Origin: Selaginella moellendorffii
Taxonomy: Eukaryota > Plantae > Lycopodiophyta
Direction of reading: 5' to 3'
NCBI RefSeq assembly: GCF_000143415.4
Contig: NW_003314281.1
Span: forward strand, 1,465,882 to 1,529,881
Length of the DNA stretch: 64,000 nt
The notes under the pieces: model-generated
Database searches by the model: none
Told to the model about the DNA's origin: nothing
Seen by the model: only the letters and a program-made list of their open reading frames with translations
Translations under genes and position numbers: made by a program
Shown here: positions 42,565 through 55,663 of the stretch, piece by piece
How positions within the stretch are numbered: position 1 is the stretch's first letter
Layout of the letters: every line of letters starts with the position of its first letter

Positions 42565-44563
42565 TCATGAAAGACTTGGTGAACTTCTTTTCAAAGAATA
42601 AGTAACCTCCACATAGCAATTATCCCCACCATTGCAACAGTGGCAACCACGGTCTCCAACCAGATCAGCAGCGGTGCCCCAAATCGCCCCAAGCAGCCTT
42701 CCGCTATAATTCGAGAGTTGAACGGCAATAGCAGCCCTGTCCGAGGATTTGTTTCCCAGATTCTTGGAGAGAAGTGAGAGTGTGATGCTGGAAGCAGTGT
42801 TAAACCCAAGACAAACCACGAACCACTGTGCTGCGTAGGATGGAAAGTTCATGTGTCCACTGTTCCCTCCAAGCAGGATATAATTTGCAACAATCCCTGC
42901 CAAACCTAAAAAGCACCCAGCTGCCAGCCAAAGTCGATCCTGAATCTTGTGAGCCAATGCCGGCATTGTTGCCACAAGAAAAACTGTCCCCAATCCGATG
43001 AGCCCGATGAAGTTTCCTGCTTCGAACGCGTCGAGGCCGAATTTCTTCCATGAATATATTGGGATGGATGTTTCCCACGACCCGAGCTCGAAGAAGATAA
43101 CGAACGCTGTGTAACTCATCAGGCAGGAGACAAATAATGGAGAAACGACACACTGGAAAAATGAAGTTTAGAACCCAGCAACGCGAGCACACCTCAGTAC
43201 CTCAAGATGGCTCATTTGAATTGAGACTTGATGATCGTCGGGGCAGATAATTATGTTAAGAACGTTTATTCCAGCAAGCTCGGGCAATCCATACCTGTTG
43301 CTGAAGCTGGCTTGCTTCTCCAGGGCTTGAACTGACCTGGCCACGGTGCTGCTGGAAAAATGGGAGAAATGAAGTTTAAAAACCAGCAACACGAGCAAAC
43401 CTCGGTACAACCGAAAAAGCATTAAAAACGTTTTTCCCGACAAGAGGCTTCTGCCTCTTCAATCCATACCTGGCTTGCTTCTCCCTCAGCGCATTCGCAT
43501 TGAGTGTCATATCTAGAGTCTCTTGAAATTCCCCGGCCATGGTGCCGCTGGAAAGATAGAAACCAGCGAGCAAACCTCGGTACCTCAAGCTGGCTCATGC
43601 GAATTGAGCTGTCGGGCTAGAAAGAAAAAGCATTAAAAACGTTTTATCCGGCCTCTTCAATCCATACCTGTTGCTGAAGCTGGCTTGCTTCTCGGCCCCT
43701 TCTCCCTCAGCGCATTGGGATCGAGCGTCATATTTAGAATCCCTGACCTGACCACCAATACACACAGAGAATCAGTCATTGCTGAACGAAATTCACATCT
43801 AGATCCCTGCAAAACCTCTAGGCGACTGTCATGATGCTCATGAAGCTGGAGAAACGATGATAAGAATTAAAATGATTGACTAGAATTCAGACCTGGTCGG
43901 CAGTATCGGTCACGTCTTTGAACAGGACTTTTGTCAGCAACCAATAGATGCTCCAAACCACTGCCATAAACCAGCCGGGCAATGTGTTTTTGTTGAACAA
44001 TGCTGTTTTCATGGGAATCCTTGCGAGAAATCCTCCGACGATTGGCCCCGCAACCATTCCCAGGGTCTGGGCGAGAATGAGCAGGCTTGTACACGTCGTT
44101 CGCCTCCGGACACCAACAATGCAAGGATCTGTGCAGTACCTCTTCAGAAAGAAGCACCCGGTCAAACCAATCCCATTTATCATCCGCCCCACGAGAACGA
44201 GGTAAAGAACTCCAGTCCGATCAGCAAGAGCGTAGATGATATGCCCAAGAATCAGGCAAGCCGATGATAAGTCGAGAGTTGGGCTGTATTTTCTCTTGAA
44301 CTTGGGCAGCTTAGAAAGTGGAATCACCAAAATGAAGGAGACGAGAGTCACCACTCCCACCGTCAATCCGCTGAAAAGGGACTCTCCGCCCAAATGCTTA
44401 GTGTCTGATAGACAAACATTGTATTTTAAAGAAGTTCTGCCGTCAAAAATCACTTACATGATGTGGCAGTGGGCACGATGATGAAGAACGAGAGATTGAA
44501 TAGGAAATTCGCTGAAAGAATTATGCACAGGGACATCAAAGGAGGGAACCGAAGCTCGTCCAT
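42565..44563 (-). CDS. Major facilitator superfamily transporter resembling fungal MFS proteins; possibly pseudogenised (C-terminal frameshift, duplicated loop exons)
   Basis: MDELRFPPLMSLCIILSANFLFNLSFFIIVPTATS|YTKHLGGESLFSGLTVG...LVGRMINGIG..KRYCTDPCIVGVRRRTT...GMVAGPIVGGFL..FNKNTLPGWFMA (intron 44457-44405); second half GSWETSIPIY...LGFNTASSITLSLLSK..QLSNYSGRLLGAIWG. Confidence 0.8.
43165..43740. repeat. Internal tandem duplications (about 3 units) inside the MFS gene
   Basis: ccatacctg(ttgctgaagc)tggcttgcttctc at ~43289, ~43464 and ~43662; aaatgaagttta.aa.ccagcaac.cgagca at ~43160 and ~43367; aaaaagcattaaaaacgtttt twice. Confidence 0.85.
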
Positions 44564-46385
44564 TCTTGCTCTTCCTTGTGGTGGTGATTCTCGAGCTTGC
44601 CCTGTCTAAAGCTGGATCATTGTGATCGTCCCTAGCCAATGTAGTCAGCCTTATTTGTCTTTGGGTGTCTTCGTACTTCCATCTTTCTGTGATCTTTTGA
44701 ATCTCTGTGGAGTTGTTGGGGAGTTTCTTCTTGAGTTGCGGGGCAGCTTCTCCTTTCCTGCAACACGTTTTTCAGTGTGGTTACAGCTATATTCCCTCAG
44801 CTATGAATGAAGTGGCTTGTATCACAATCAATTTATTATTGGCAGTTGGCAACTGCCCTAGGGGAGGTAAATACATCTAAACACATGTCATTAAAGGTAA
44901 AAGTATGAAAAAAACTTGGTGTAAAAAGTGAAATAGTGTGAGAAAGATTTGTGTTTATATGTTTTTTTTTTTTCATATATTGTCATGCATGGGCATACAT
45001 TTTCATACATTTGCATATTTTTCCAGCTTAGTGCCACCTATGGAATCACAACTCAACTTCATTGCCACATTAGTAAGTAACATGGCCTTTTGAGGTAGCT
45101 CAAGGGTGGTTAAGAACTTTAAGAGGAGATACCATCTCCCATATCATGACAAATCACATACATGATGTGGCACCATGATGAAGAATGAGACACTAAATAG
45201 AAAATTCGTTGAAAAAATTATGCATAGGGACATTAAAGGAGGGAAATGAAGCTCGTCTATTCTTCCTTGGTGATTCTTGAGCTCACCCTGCCTGAAGCTG
45301 GATCATCATGATCATCCCATGGCCTTCATTGAGTGTAAAGGAAAAGGGAAAGGCCCTCTTTTCTCTCCCTAGGTATGTCTTTGGGTGTCTTTGTACTTCC
45401 ATCTTTTTGTGATCTTCTGAATCTCAGTGGAGTTGTTGGGGAGTTTCTCCTTGAGTTGCCAGGCAGCTTCTCCTTTCCTGCAACATGTTTTCAGTGCAGT
45501 TACGGCTATATTCCCTCAGCTATGAATGAAGTGACTTGTATCACAATCAATTTATTATTGGCAGTTGGCAACTGCCCCATGGGAGGTAAATACATCGAAA
45601 CACATGTCTTTTCAGTAAAAGGATGAAAAGACTTGGTGTAAAAAGTGAAATAGTGTGAGAATATTGTTTTTATATGTNNNNNNNNNNNNNNNNNNNNNNN
45701 NNNNNNNNNNNNNNNNNNNNNNNNNNNNNNNNNNNNNNNNNNNNNNNNNNNNNNNNNNNNNNNNNNNNNNNNNNNNNTTTCTCACACTATTTCACTTCTT
45801 ACACCAAGTCTTTTTCATACTTTTACCCTGAAAAGACATGTGTTTAGATGTATTTACCTCCCCTAGGGGTAGTTGCCAACTGCCAATAATAAATTGATTG
45901 TGATACAAATCACTTCATTCATAGCTGAGGGAATATAGCCGTAACTGCACTGAAAACATGTTGCAGGAAAGGAGAAGCTGCCTGGCAACTCAAGGAGATA
46001 CTCCCCAACAACTCCACTGAGATTCAGAAGATCACAAAAAGATGGAAGTACGAAGACACCCAAAGACAAATAAGGCTGACTACATTGGCTAGGGACGATC
46101 ACAATGATCCAGCTTTAGACAGGGCAAGCTCGAGAATCACCACCACAAGGAAGAGCAAGAATGGACGAGCTTCAGTTCCCTCCTTTGATGTCCTTGTGCA
46201 TAATTCTTTCAGCGAATTTCCTATTCAATCTCTCGTTCTTCATCATCGTGCCCACTGCCACATCATGTAAGTGATTTTTGACGGCAGAACTTCTTTAAAA
46301 TACAATGTTTGTCTATCAGACACTAAGCATTTGGGCGGAGAGTCCCTTTTCAGCGGATTGACGGTGGGAGTGGTGACTCTCATCT
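44343..46385. repeat. ~600-bp inverted duplication of the MFS 5' region (44343-44943 vs 45778-46385), plus a third diverged direct copy (~45150-45677), flanking an N-gap
   Basis: Near-identical ORFs on opposite strands (44454..44639- and 46085..46270+; 44622..44810+ and 45863..46102-). Confidence 0.9.
45678..45777. other. Assembly gap (100 N)
   Basis: Run of n characters. Confidence 1.
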
Positions 46386-46399
46386 CCTTAATGGGTTAT

Positions 46400-49300
46400 G
46401 GCTCGTCTGCTAACTTGATCTAACTGTTGGCAGTCGTTGGATCGAGTCAGGCTCTCTGCGAGAATGTGGCTGATAACTGCCAGGTTCTCCAGGTGAATCA
46501 CTCCTTGATAACGTGTTATCTATAACTAAGTTTTGCTGAAAGATTGGTTTCAAATATTAAGTTTAGTATTTTTGAGTTTGGTTATTTTGGTTGCTAGAGA
46601 GTGTTGAGTGGTGATTCACTCTTATTTTCTTTTATCTTTATTCTAGTGTTGATAGCATTGAAATAATGCCTTGATATTGATATGATTGAAGTTGAGATTG
46701 AATGAGATGAAAAATATTATTTTATTCCACTTATCTCAATAAAGATAGTGTTGATAGTTGACTGTATTTTTATGCTATTGAAATTTGTGCAATTTGCTAG
46801 TTAGTAATTATATTAGCATTTAAATGAGCTAAGTGGTAAATTGAGTTAGTTATATTCTAGATGAAATTATTTAGTAAGGGTTGAGTTTTGGCTTTTCCTT
46901 GAAAAGTGATTTAGTCATATACTATATTAGCCTTATAAAAGGAAGAGTTAGTGATTGATATTAAAATTGTTTGTTCTTTACTATATTTGAGTTAAGGATA
47001 TATTGATTATTGATAATTCTTCTTGTGCTTGTTATAAAGTGAGTTACGTTTTACTATAAAAGATGGATTCATAAATGATTGTTTTGTGATTACTTATTGA
47101 ACATAGTTTTATTGTACTTGGTTTTTGGACTGATGCAAATATACTGTTTATTAACTTTTGCATTATAAAGTTTAACTTATAAATGTGTTGAAAAAGAAAT
47201 TGTGGGTTATACAACAATTTCTTCTTTGGCTTTGACATTAGTTCATGCAAAATTTATGATCATTATTAAATGAGATTTGATTATAGGCTTCTTTGAGCTT
47301 TTGATTCTTTAAGTTTTATACTTATTATTCTATTTGTTAGAAATTTTTAGGGAAGGTATTTTGACTCATTAGCTTCAATATTAAACTTAACTTTTACATA
47401 GTAATGATTGACTATCATCTAGAATAATTGATTATCCTTGTCAAAGGTTTTGCTAAATTATTATTAGTGTTGCCATTCTTTAGAATAGTACATTATTTTT
47501 TTGACAATAATTATGTATCTCTTTATTGATGTGATAATTAATGTTCTTTAATGATGGTTAATTATTCTCTTTGATGGTTTTTGGCTTTTGGCATTATTAT
47601 TGGTTTGCTTTAGATTGGTTTCTTGGGTTTGAGATATCGGTAGGATGTTACAAATGCTTATTTAAACAACTTAAGTTTTTTAGTATTATTGACTAGAATC
47701 TATTCAGATTAGCTTATGCAATAATTAGTATAAACAAATGCTTGTTGGTTTTGCTGCATTCATTATGTTCTATTAGTTGTTATTATAGTTGGTTTGGATA
47801 GATTAGATGTTATTTCCTTTGGGTGATATATTTGCAAATATTTTACTTCCTCGTTGATGATACTTTGTATTCTTTGAGCTATCTTTCATAACTTATTTAG
47901 CATGCTATCGTAACGCACTCTACCTTTCTCCCCTTAAACCAAATGGAAAAAGGGCCATTATTTGATAAGAGAGCTTTTAATGACTATTTTATCCCTAGTG
48001 ACAGTACATCCAAATTTCATATGCTACACTCACCCCCTTTTTAGAGATATCAATATCTTCATTGACTATTGACTAACAACTTTTATTGAGCCAAGGGAAA
48101 TTAACACCTCCATTTCCAACTAAATTTACTAATCCTTTCATTATATAAATCAGTTATTCCAACTAGTCATCCACCTTTATGGCATTCCCATAGTGGATAC
48201 TTTTGTCTATGGATGCCCTACGAGATAAAGGACATAATCATGGATGCCCAATACATAAATTTTAAGGGTAAGAATATACCTTACTTCATGGTATATTATA
48301 TTTTAAATAACCACTAATAAATGGGAATTGATCTTGTGCTATTTGCTCTAATACCACATGTAGCACACTCTATTTCTTTCCTCTTAAACCAACTAAAAAA
48401 AGGGTAATTGTTTGATAAAAGCTTTTATTAGTAGTTATTTTATCTCTATTTATCCCCCAAGGTCCCAAGGATCTATAGTGATAGTATATCTAAATCTCAT
48501 TCCATGATTATATCCACTATAACTATTTACAATTTTTAGTAGTTAAGATTTATCATTGAGTTTTCTTGATGATATACTTGCCATTGAGATAGTTAATCCT
48601 ATGACTTTCACCTATATGATCTCAATAGTTGGTGGCTCCTATACTTTAATTTTGGTTTATTAGATGATAGCTTACTTGGAATACTTTTATGTTCTAACCT
48701 AAGATTTATTCACTGATAATCTTATCACCTCATAAGATAAGATTATCTTATCTCATGTGATAAGTGTGAACCTAATAACATAGAAACATTTGAGAATAAA
48801 TATTATAGATTACTTCAAATACTAACAATCACTTAACGCAAAATCTTCCAGAATATCCTTAAAGGCACTCTCCTTCTTGAGTGTAAAAACAGTTTAACCT
48901 TATATACAATTAAAGGGAATGACTTAAGAAACAATCTATGTAATTTAAATACAAAGAGAAAGGGTCCATGAATAAAAATGCACCTTCTTTTCTAATCAGT
49001 TAAGGATATTAGGATATTTGGGGTTAAACATCCTTGGGTTTAAATAAAATTGAGTTAAGCAACTAAATTTTCCATCCTACTTTAGTCACTTAACCACACC
49101 TTTGACCACTTAGAGGAGTCTCATTCACAACCTCCTTAAGTCCAATTTAGGACTTGGGACTTACTAGCCCTGAGGATGGCATCCATGCCACTCATCCCTT
49201 GCACTTAGTCCAAGTGCTCCACGTGTCCAGTCCTAAGACCGACATCCAAAGGTACCATTGACATATCAGCCCATTACGCTGGCATTATAAACATTGGCGG

Positions 49301-51700
49301 CTGTTCAACTTTTGCACTAACTTTGACAACACTTTCTTCTCTAGCTTATGAGCAGTGTCATCACTTTTATATAGCCCTAGTGTTATGTTAGGATCACAAC
49401 TTTACATAGAGACAACACAATAAACAAACATATCAAGGTTTGCTTTTGATTTTCAAAATAATTGGGTGCTTCATTTTGCAAATCACTAGAGCTCTTATAC
49501 TTTCTACTTGTGGATGACCTACACCACCACATAATGCCTCTTTGCTAGTCGTTTTCATACTTTCAGCCAAGTAGTCAACTTCATATGCATGTGGTGCTTA
49601 TTATGTGTGGCGATTTTGCAGCCACATTGCATGGAGAACCTGGCATCTTAGGCCTCCTCCAGAACTCCTTGAAACCTCCTGAACTTGCTCCAGCAAAGAC
49701 GGAGTGGTCCTAGCTTGCACTTGATAGCATGGCATTTGAAACACCAGCGGATGTGCAATTTTTGCACAAATTTTGAGAACACCTCTTCTCCAACTTGTGA
49801 GTGGTGTCAATAGTCTTCACCCTAGTATTGTGCTAGGATCACACATTTATATGGAGATAACACAATAACAAAACTTGTTTAACTAGAGCTCCCATACTTC
49901 CTACACAAGGATGACTTCCATCACAACATGATGCCTCCTTGCTGATACTTTTCATGCTTTAAGCTAGTTAATTGACTTCACATGCATGTGATGCTTGTTT
50001 TGTGTGGCGATTGCACATTGAGATGTTCTTGAAAAGTTGCATTTCTTAATTTCTTTTGACATTTTTTTCTTTCCAGCTTTCATGTCATGCTTAGACCTCA
50101 AGGGTCACTGCTACTAATATATTGGGCCAAGGAAGAGGAATAGGGATAGAATTGCCAATGCACAGAGGCTTTGGTGAAGGGATTAGTGAAAAATTTCCAA
50201 GGGATTAGAAAGGAAATCTAGTGAAGATGATTAAAGTAGACTGTGCACTATCATTAGATAAGTGCTCAAGAAAACTCACTCTTAGAAACTACACCAAACA
50301 TAGTCTAGAATGAGATTTAATCATGCTAGCCTGCCATTGAAGAGAGATACTAATGAAGTAGAGGTAAGGTTATAGAGAATTCTTATCAAAAGAAGACTAA
50401 TAAAGAGTAACAATACACAATCAATGTCAAAAATATTAGCAATGGAGAATTGGATGACTACAATACTAGTATACCGGATTCCTATCCTATGTTGCCTCCT
50501 GCTAAAAAGGAGTGCTTATCCTCGACTCATCTAGGCTAGTGGTTACACCCTAGTTATGAGGAACTTGCCAAAATGCTCATAGCAATGATTAAGTGAAGGG
50601 TAAGGCATGATTGATTGGGCATTTGTTTATTTTCTTTTGCATAAGCTTTGGAGTTTCAGCCTTGGTCTCCATGGATGCAAGATTTGTATCTTGCCATGCC
50701 AAAACTTGCATCAATGCATATGACTTTGATGATCCTTGGCTAAAGTATAAGAAGGCACCATAAAGAGTGCACATTGGAGATCCTAGGTTTATACATCTAG
50801 AACAAATATGGCTAGATGGAGGTCATCAAATGTGCAAGAGATGCATATGAGTATATTTTATAGTATATCTAGAGTATATTTTAAAGTTTGTGATAGTGGA
50901 AACATAATGGAGTGAGAGCACTTAGAGAAAGTTCATAGTAATACTTGTGTCTATTTTGCACCTCACTATTGAAAAATCCAATAGTAACTCAATTTAGCTA
51001 TTGCTACCTTGGCACCATGAAGATGAGGAGTAAAAAACCTTCTCTTTGTAAATCTAAACATGTATGATAGAGGAGGAAGAATGGATTAAACCCTAAATGC
51101 AAAACCCCTAAACTTGTTTTTGAGGGAGGTTTCTCAAACATGCTTGATATTTTCTAACAAGTAAGTCTTTCCCACCATGAAATAAAAAGCCAAATTTTCC
51201 ATTCATGAAGCATATGTTCCAATCGGGAAGTATAAAGCAAATATTTCTGATTGAAAAGATTTGGCTTTTTCTACTGGTAGAAGCTGTTTTCTACTCCCTA
51301 TTTTCTATTTTAATTTTTTAAGTATTTTATTTTATTTTATTTTATTTGGGAGCCATATGTTTCTGTCAAGAAGTACAAAGTAATATTTCCCATTGAAAAA
51401 ATTTGGCTTTTCTACTGGCAGAAGCTGTTTTTTACTTCCCATCTTCTATTTTATTTTTTGAAGTATTTTTTTTTTGGGAGGCATATCCTGTCGAGAAGTA
51501 TAAAGTAAATATTTCCCATTGAAAAAACATTTTTCCTATTGAGAGTTTTAATATTCATCTCCCTTTGGGTAATTTATCTATTGGAAAAATATCAAGTATT
51601 CACATGATCCTATTGGGAGATCTCCATATCCATCGGGTATTTGTATGTGGGATGGCCATCTAATATATAGTTAAGCATAATAAATGTTGATTATTTCTTC
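46400..51700. repeat. AT-rich degenerate repeat/TE zone with local direct duplications
   Basis: Duplications ~47915-48025/48362-48500, ~49370-49615/49820-50012 and ~51225-51530; LTR fragment at 49057-49280; no credible ORFs. Confidence 0.55.
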
Positions 51701-52390
51701 CCTAATGATTAGCTACAAAGAAATTGGATAAAAAAGCCAATTACTTCTGGTAAATGTGGTAGTTGTTGGGAAGATCCAAATAAAACTGACAATGATATGG
51801 CAAGCTATATATAATATTAAGAATGAATAGCTATGCTGTGAGGAGTAGCTTTTGCACTCTAAGATTGCTTATATATTTTGACTTCTCTATGATCAAATTT
51901 TTCTTAACTGGTTTTTTTCTTTCTCCTTCCCCACAATGCAACAATAGCAATCCACCTCTCGCATGGAAGCTAGGAACTTGGTGGCATTGCTTTAAAATAT
52001 GGGATTGCCTTCCAATTTTTCTTGTGAGATAGCATCATAAAGTTTGAGCATTTTCAACCACATGGCCGTTCCATTGTCTCAACAACAGACCCAAGAATAC
52101 CAGCATAGTCTGAGCGCTTCACCATTCCTGCCACTCTGTATTCGCCAGGATTTCTGGTGTTTGCAACATCCAAAGCCAGCTTCTCGTGCTTCCAGAAACT
52201 TCTCACGCGTGAAAATGCGATAAGAGCTCCTTGCGATCAATCCCATGGCCACGCATGGGCATCAAACGGCTTTGTCACGGCCCATGAGTCCTATCTGATC
52301 GAAATTACCATATTTCATAGTAGTGAACAACGATGTGTGCTCTGTGTGTGTGTGTGCCTTCTTCTATGGCAAAATGTTTAAACTTTTTGC

Positions 52391-55027
52391 TTATTTCCTA
52401 TGCTTGTGCTGGCTCAACCAGCAATACCTCACAAGGTTGACAAGCGTGAGGATGACAACAATCCCCACAAAAGACGCAAGGAGCACCCTGGACAGAGTCT
52501 TCATATTCCTGCCGCGAAGGTTGTAGTTGCACGAGAGGACAAAGAGCGCACATCCATGGCCGTCCACCCTGAAAGATATGGAGTGCGTCTCTTCCACCCT
52601 CTTGCCACTCCATACTTCCTCGCCCAGGCACCGCCATCTCGTTTTGTTGTGCGCGTTGAAGATCACCGAGCTGCTGTTCGCTACCGCCAGGGACGTGTAG
52701 AACTCGTCCAGGAGCTCCTCGAGCGTGATGGACATTTGGGTCTTCTTCGGGCTAGCATTGAAGAAGGCAACATAGACCTCTCCTGGAAGTCGAAAGTTTC
52801 TTGTTTGGTAGAAACCGAAAAAAAAACGAGTAGTAAGTACCTGAGTGCCCATAGGAAACCCATATCCGTGTCAAATCGTCCTCGCTCACACTGATCGCGC
52901 ATCTTCCCAGGTGATCGTTCACAAGATCGCCGGATGGTGTGAGCTTCCATGTCTGTACAGCTTTGAGTTATGAAAATTTGGTTTTGGGACTGCTTACACG
53001 CTCGTTACCTGGCTAGGATGGTCGCGACAAGGTGAAAAGTGCTCGCTTCGATTTTTCCCATGACTCGCCTTGGCATCAAGGCATGTCTTGTTGGTGTCAA
53101 AAACTCGACCAAGGTTATGGCCGGTGTTCGTCCTGACTTCAACAAGCGTAAGGTTGATTGCCACAGTATGATTTGAGAGACTTTACCTGTTGGCGTGTGG
53201 TATCCACTTGTAGCAGCCTTCAGAGTTGTTCTTTCGTCTCCAGCATATTTGAGAACTATTGTGTGAGGTGTTCCATCTGGTATGATTCGAGCCACCACAT
53301 TCAGCTACTTTAATTGTGTCAGTTGCAAATCGCAATATCTGGCAAATGAGAAAGCGTTGGTCAGAAGCTTTTGCGAACCAAAATCGTACCTCTGTATTTC
53401 CAAAGCTATTCGAGTTAATTTCAAGAACAGTGGGATTCGTAAGAACATCAAGTGTTGTTTGGTCTAGGTGCCGCATATCTCCACCAAACATCAACGGAGA
53501 TCTTGCCATGCCCCACAGCGTCATCTACAACATGACAAAACAATACTCTTATAAGCAATACGTAAAAGTAGTCAAAGGTATCACCTGTGTTTTCATTTCC
53601 GAATCGGTAAGTCTTGATGACCGATAAGGTCCATTATCTGTGTCTAAAGACTGTCGAGATTTAGAAAAAACAAAAGTAGAAACAAAGAAACGAACCTCCA
53701 TCGGTGAGCCAGCCAAAAGGAAGAACATCCAGGTCTGGCCACGAACGACCACCACCGAGACCACTCGCTCCAACAAGGCCAGAAGCCGCAAAATCCCTGT
53801 TTTCAACTAGAAAAATTAGCGATACTCCTGAAGTTCCACAGCTCTACCTCGCGATGTTAAAGGCCGGTTCCAACTCCACCCATGTATCCCAAATATGTGC
53901 TGACACACGATACAAGTTGGTCATGTTGGCTATCGCAGCAGCCATGACAGGCGTTGCGTTTTCGCCGGGTGCAATTGAGTAAACAATCTGACGACCGGTA
54001 TGAAGGATAGCCTGCACCAATGCACCAAGACTCTTGCCTGTTATTTTTTTTCCACCAAAAGTATGCAACATCTACCTCAGATACAGCCACGAGCTCTTCC
54101 AAATGGAGGTCCCTTTCACCAAAAGCGCAGTCGTGCTTAACTGCCATGCATCGGTTAGTTCTTCCAAACCAGCTGAACAAGACGAACTTACAAGCCTTAG
54201 CTTTAGTTTGTGAATCAGTGTGAAGGGAAATCGTGTGTACTGAAATCGACGCCCCACTCAGCATACTGCCTGTATAGTGACTTGAGATAGAGTCGCCCAC
54301 CATAGGAGCTTACGTTCACTCCCATGAAACTATCGGGCATGAACGAGCAATCCTGCCCCACGACCGCGATGTCGCGGGCTTTCCATTTGTATGGACTCCG
54401 ACTGCCCTGTTTGGATGGATCTTAGAACAATCACTGAACTGGAAAGAAGCCATACCTGTGATCCATAGATTGGAGTGTTTAGCTCGACAGCCGCTTTGTG
54501 GATGCCACGGATGACCGAGATTCCTAACTTGAGGCCCAGCTGATGGACGCGATCGGCAACTTCTCGAAATCCCTGGCCATTTCTCGACGAAGGCCAGCGG
54601 TCTGGATCGGGCAAAGGCCGGCCATACGCGTCCAGTGTATCAGTGCCACTCGTGAAAGACGAGACACCGGGTTCCACCTTCCGGAACCAGAGATTATCCA
54701 CGATAACGTACTGCCGAGCGCGACAATCTTAGCTCCAGCGACACAATCCATGGCGAAATCTTACCTCGTAGCCGAAATTCCTGAGATATTTCGACACAAG
54801 CTCTGCATTCTCCAAGAAATCTTCCTCGGAGACGGACCAGGAGTAAGAATCGAAGGAATTCCAGCCCCGAGGAGGGGTGAGCGCTCGTCCATTGTCGCCA
54901 AAGACACTGCATTGGATCGCATTTTCTACCAGACATCCAAACAAGGAAGATCTTACTTGCTAACATCGGCTCTGATCAAGCAAGTCATCGCGAGAAAGAA
55001 AATCGCTGACGCGAGCTCCACCGCCAT
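52391..55027 (-). CDS. Glycoside hydrolase family 27 (alpha-galactosidase / beta-L-arabinopyranosidase-like), multi-exon, secreted
   Basis: Signal peptide MAVELASAIFFLAMTCLIRA; TPPRGWNSFDSY; DAYGRPLPDPDRWPSS; KHDCAFG; YSIAPG; WPDLDVLPFGWLTD; QMTLWGMARSPLMFGGD; C-terminal VYVAFFN beta-sandwich. The 3' end is the least certain part. Confidence 0.88.
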
Positions 55028-55197
55028 CGCCTTGGAACCCTAGCTTAGTCTACAGCCTATCAAACTGTAAAGAAAAACAAACCAATGGCGGGGAAGAGAT
55101 CCTGGGCGCTCATCTAGAATAAAATTTCGAAATTTTGGGGGAGATTAGCTATTATACAAACGAGAAGAGCGAGCTCCCTCTTTTTTGTTTTGAATCT

Positions 55198-55663
55198 CTA
55201 CTTAGACTTCTCGGGCTTGGGGCTCTTCTCGGCAGATCCAGCGCCGGAGGAAGATTTCTTGGGCAAGAGCACGCCGTGAATGTGTGGAATCACGCCTCCA
55301 TGCGCGATCGTCACGCCTTGCAGGAGCTTCCCCAATTCGTCGTCGTTCCTCACGGCGAGCTGGATGTGTCTGGGGATTATCCTCGTCTTCTTGTTGTCCC
55401 TGGCGGCATTGCCAGCCAGCTCGAGAACCTAGCGAGGAGAAATATAGGTAAGAGTCGAGAACGAGAGAGAAGAGGAAACAAACCTCCGCAGCAAGATACT
55501 CGAGAACCGCGGCGAGATAGACTGGCGCTCCACTGCCGACGCGCTTGGCATACCTCCCATTCTTGAGGTAGCGCGCTAATCTCCCCACCGGGAACTGCAA
55601 GCCCGCCCTCGCGGACTTTGAGACGCTCTTCTTCTTGCCCTTGCGCCCTCCCGCCCCGGACAT
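55198..55663 (-). CDS. H2A: Histone H2A with C-terminal KSPK motif (H2A.W/H2A.M-type); exons 55663-55484, 55428-55198
   Basis: [14 protein letters not shown]...[10 protein letters not shown]|[32 protein letters not shown]...[23 protein letters not shown]. Confidence 0.97.

Noticed and set aside
51950-52300. Coding-like minus-strand sequence downstream of GH27
   Set aside because: All frames close quickly and no motif was recognised; cannot support a gene call.
55202-55663. 153-aa ORF as an H2A with a novel C-terminus
   Set aside because: Artefact of reading through the 55-bp intron; splicing restores a normal H2A.
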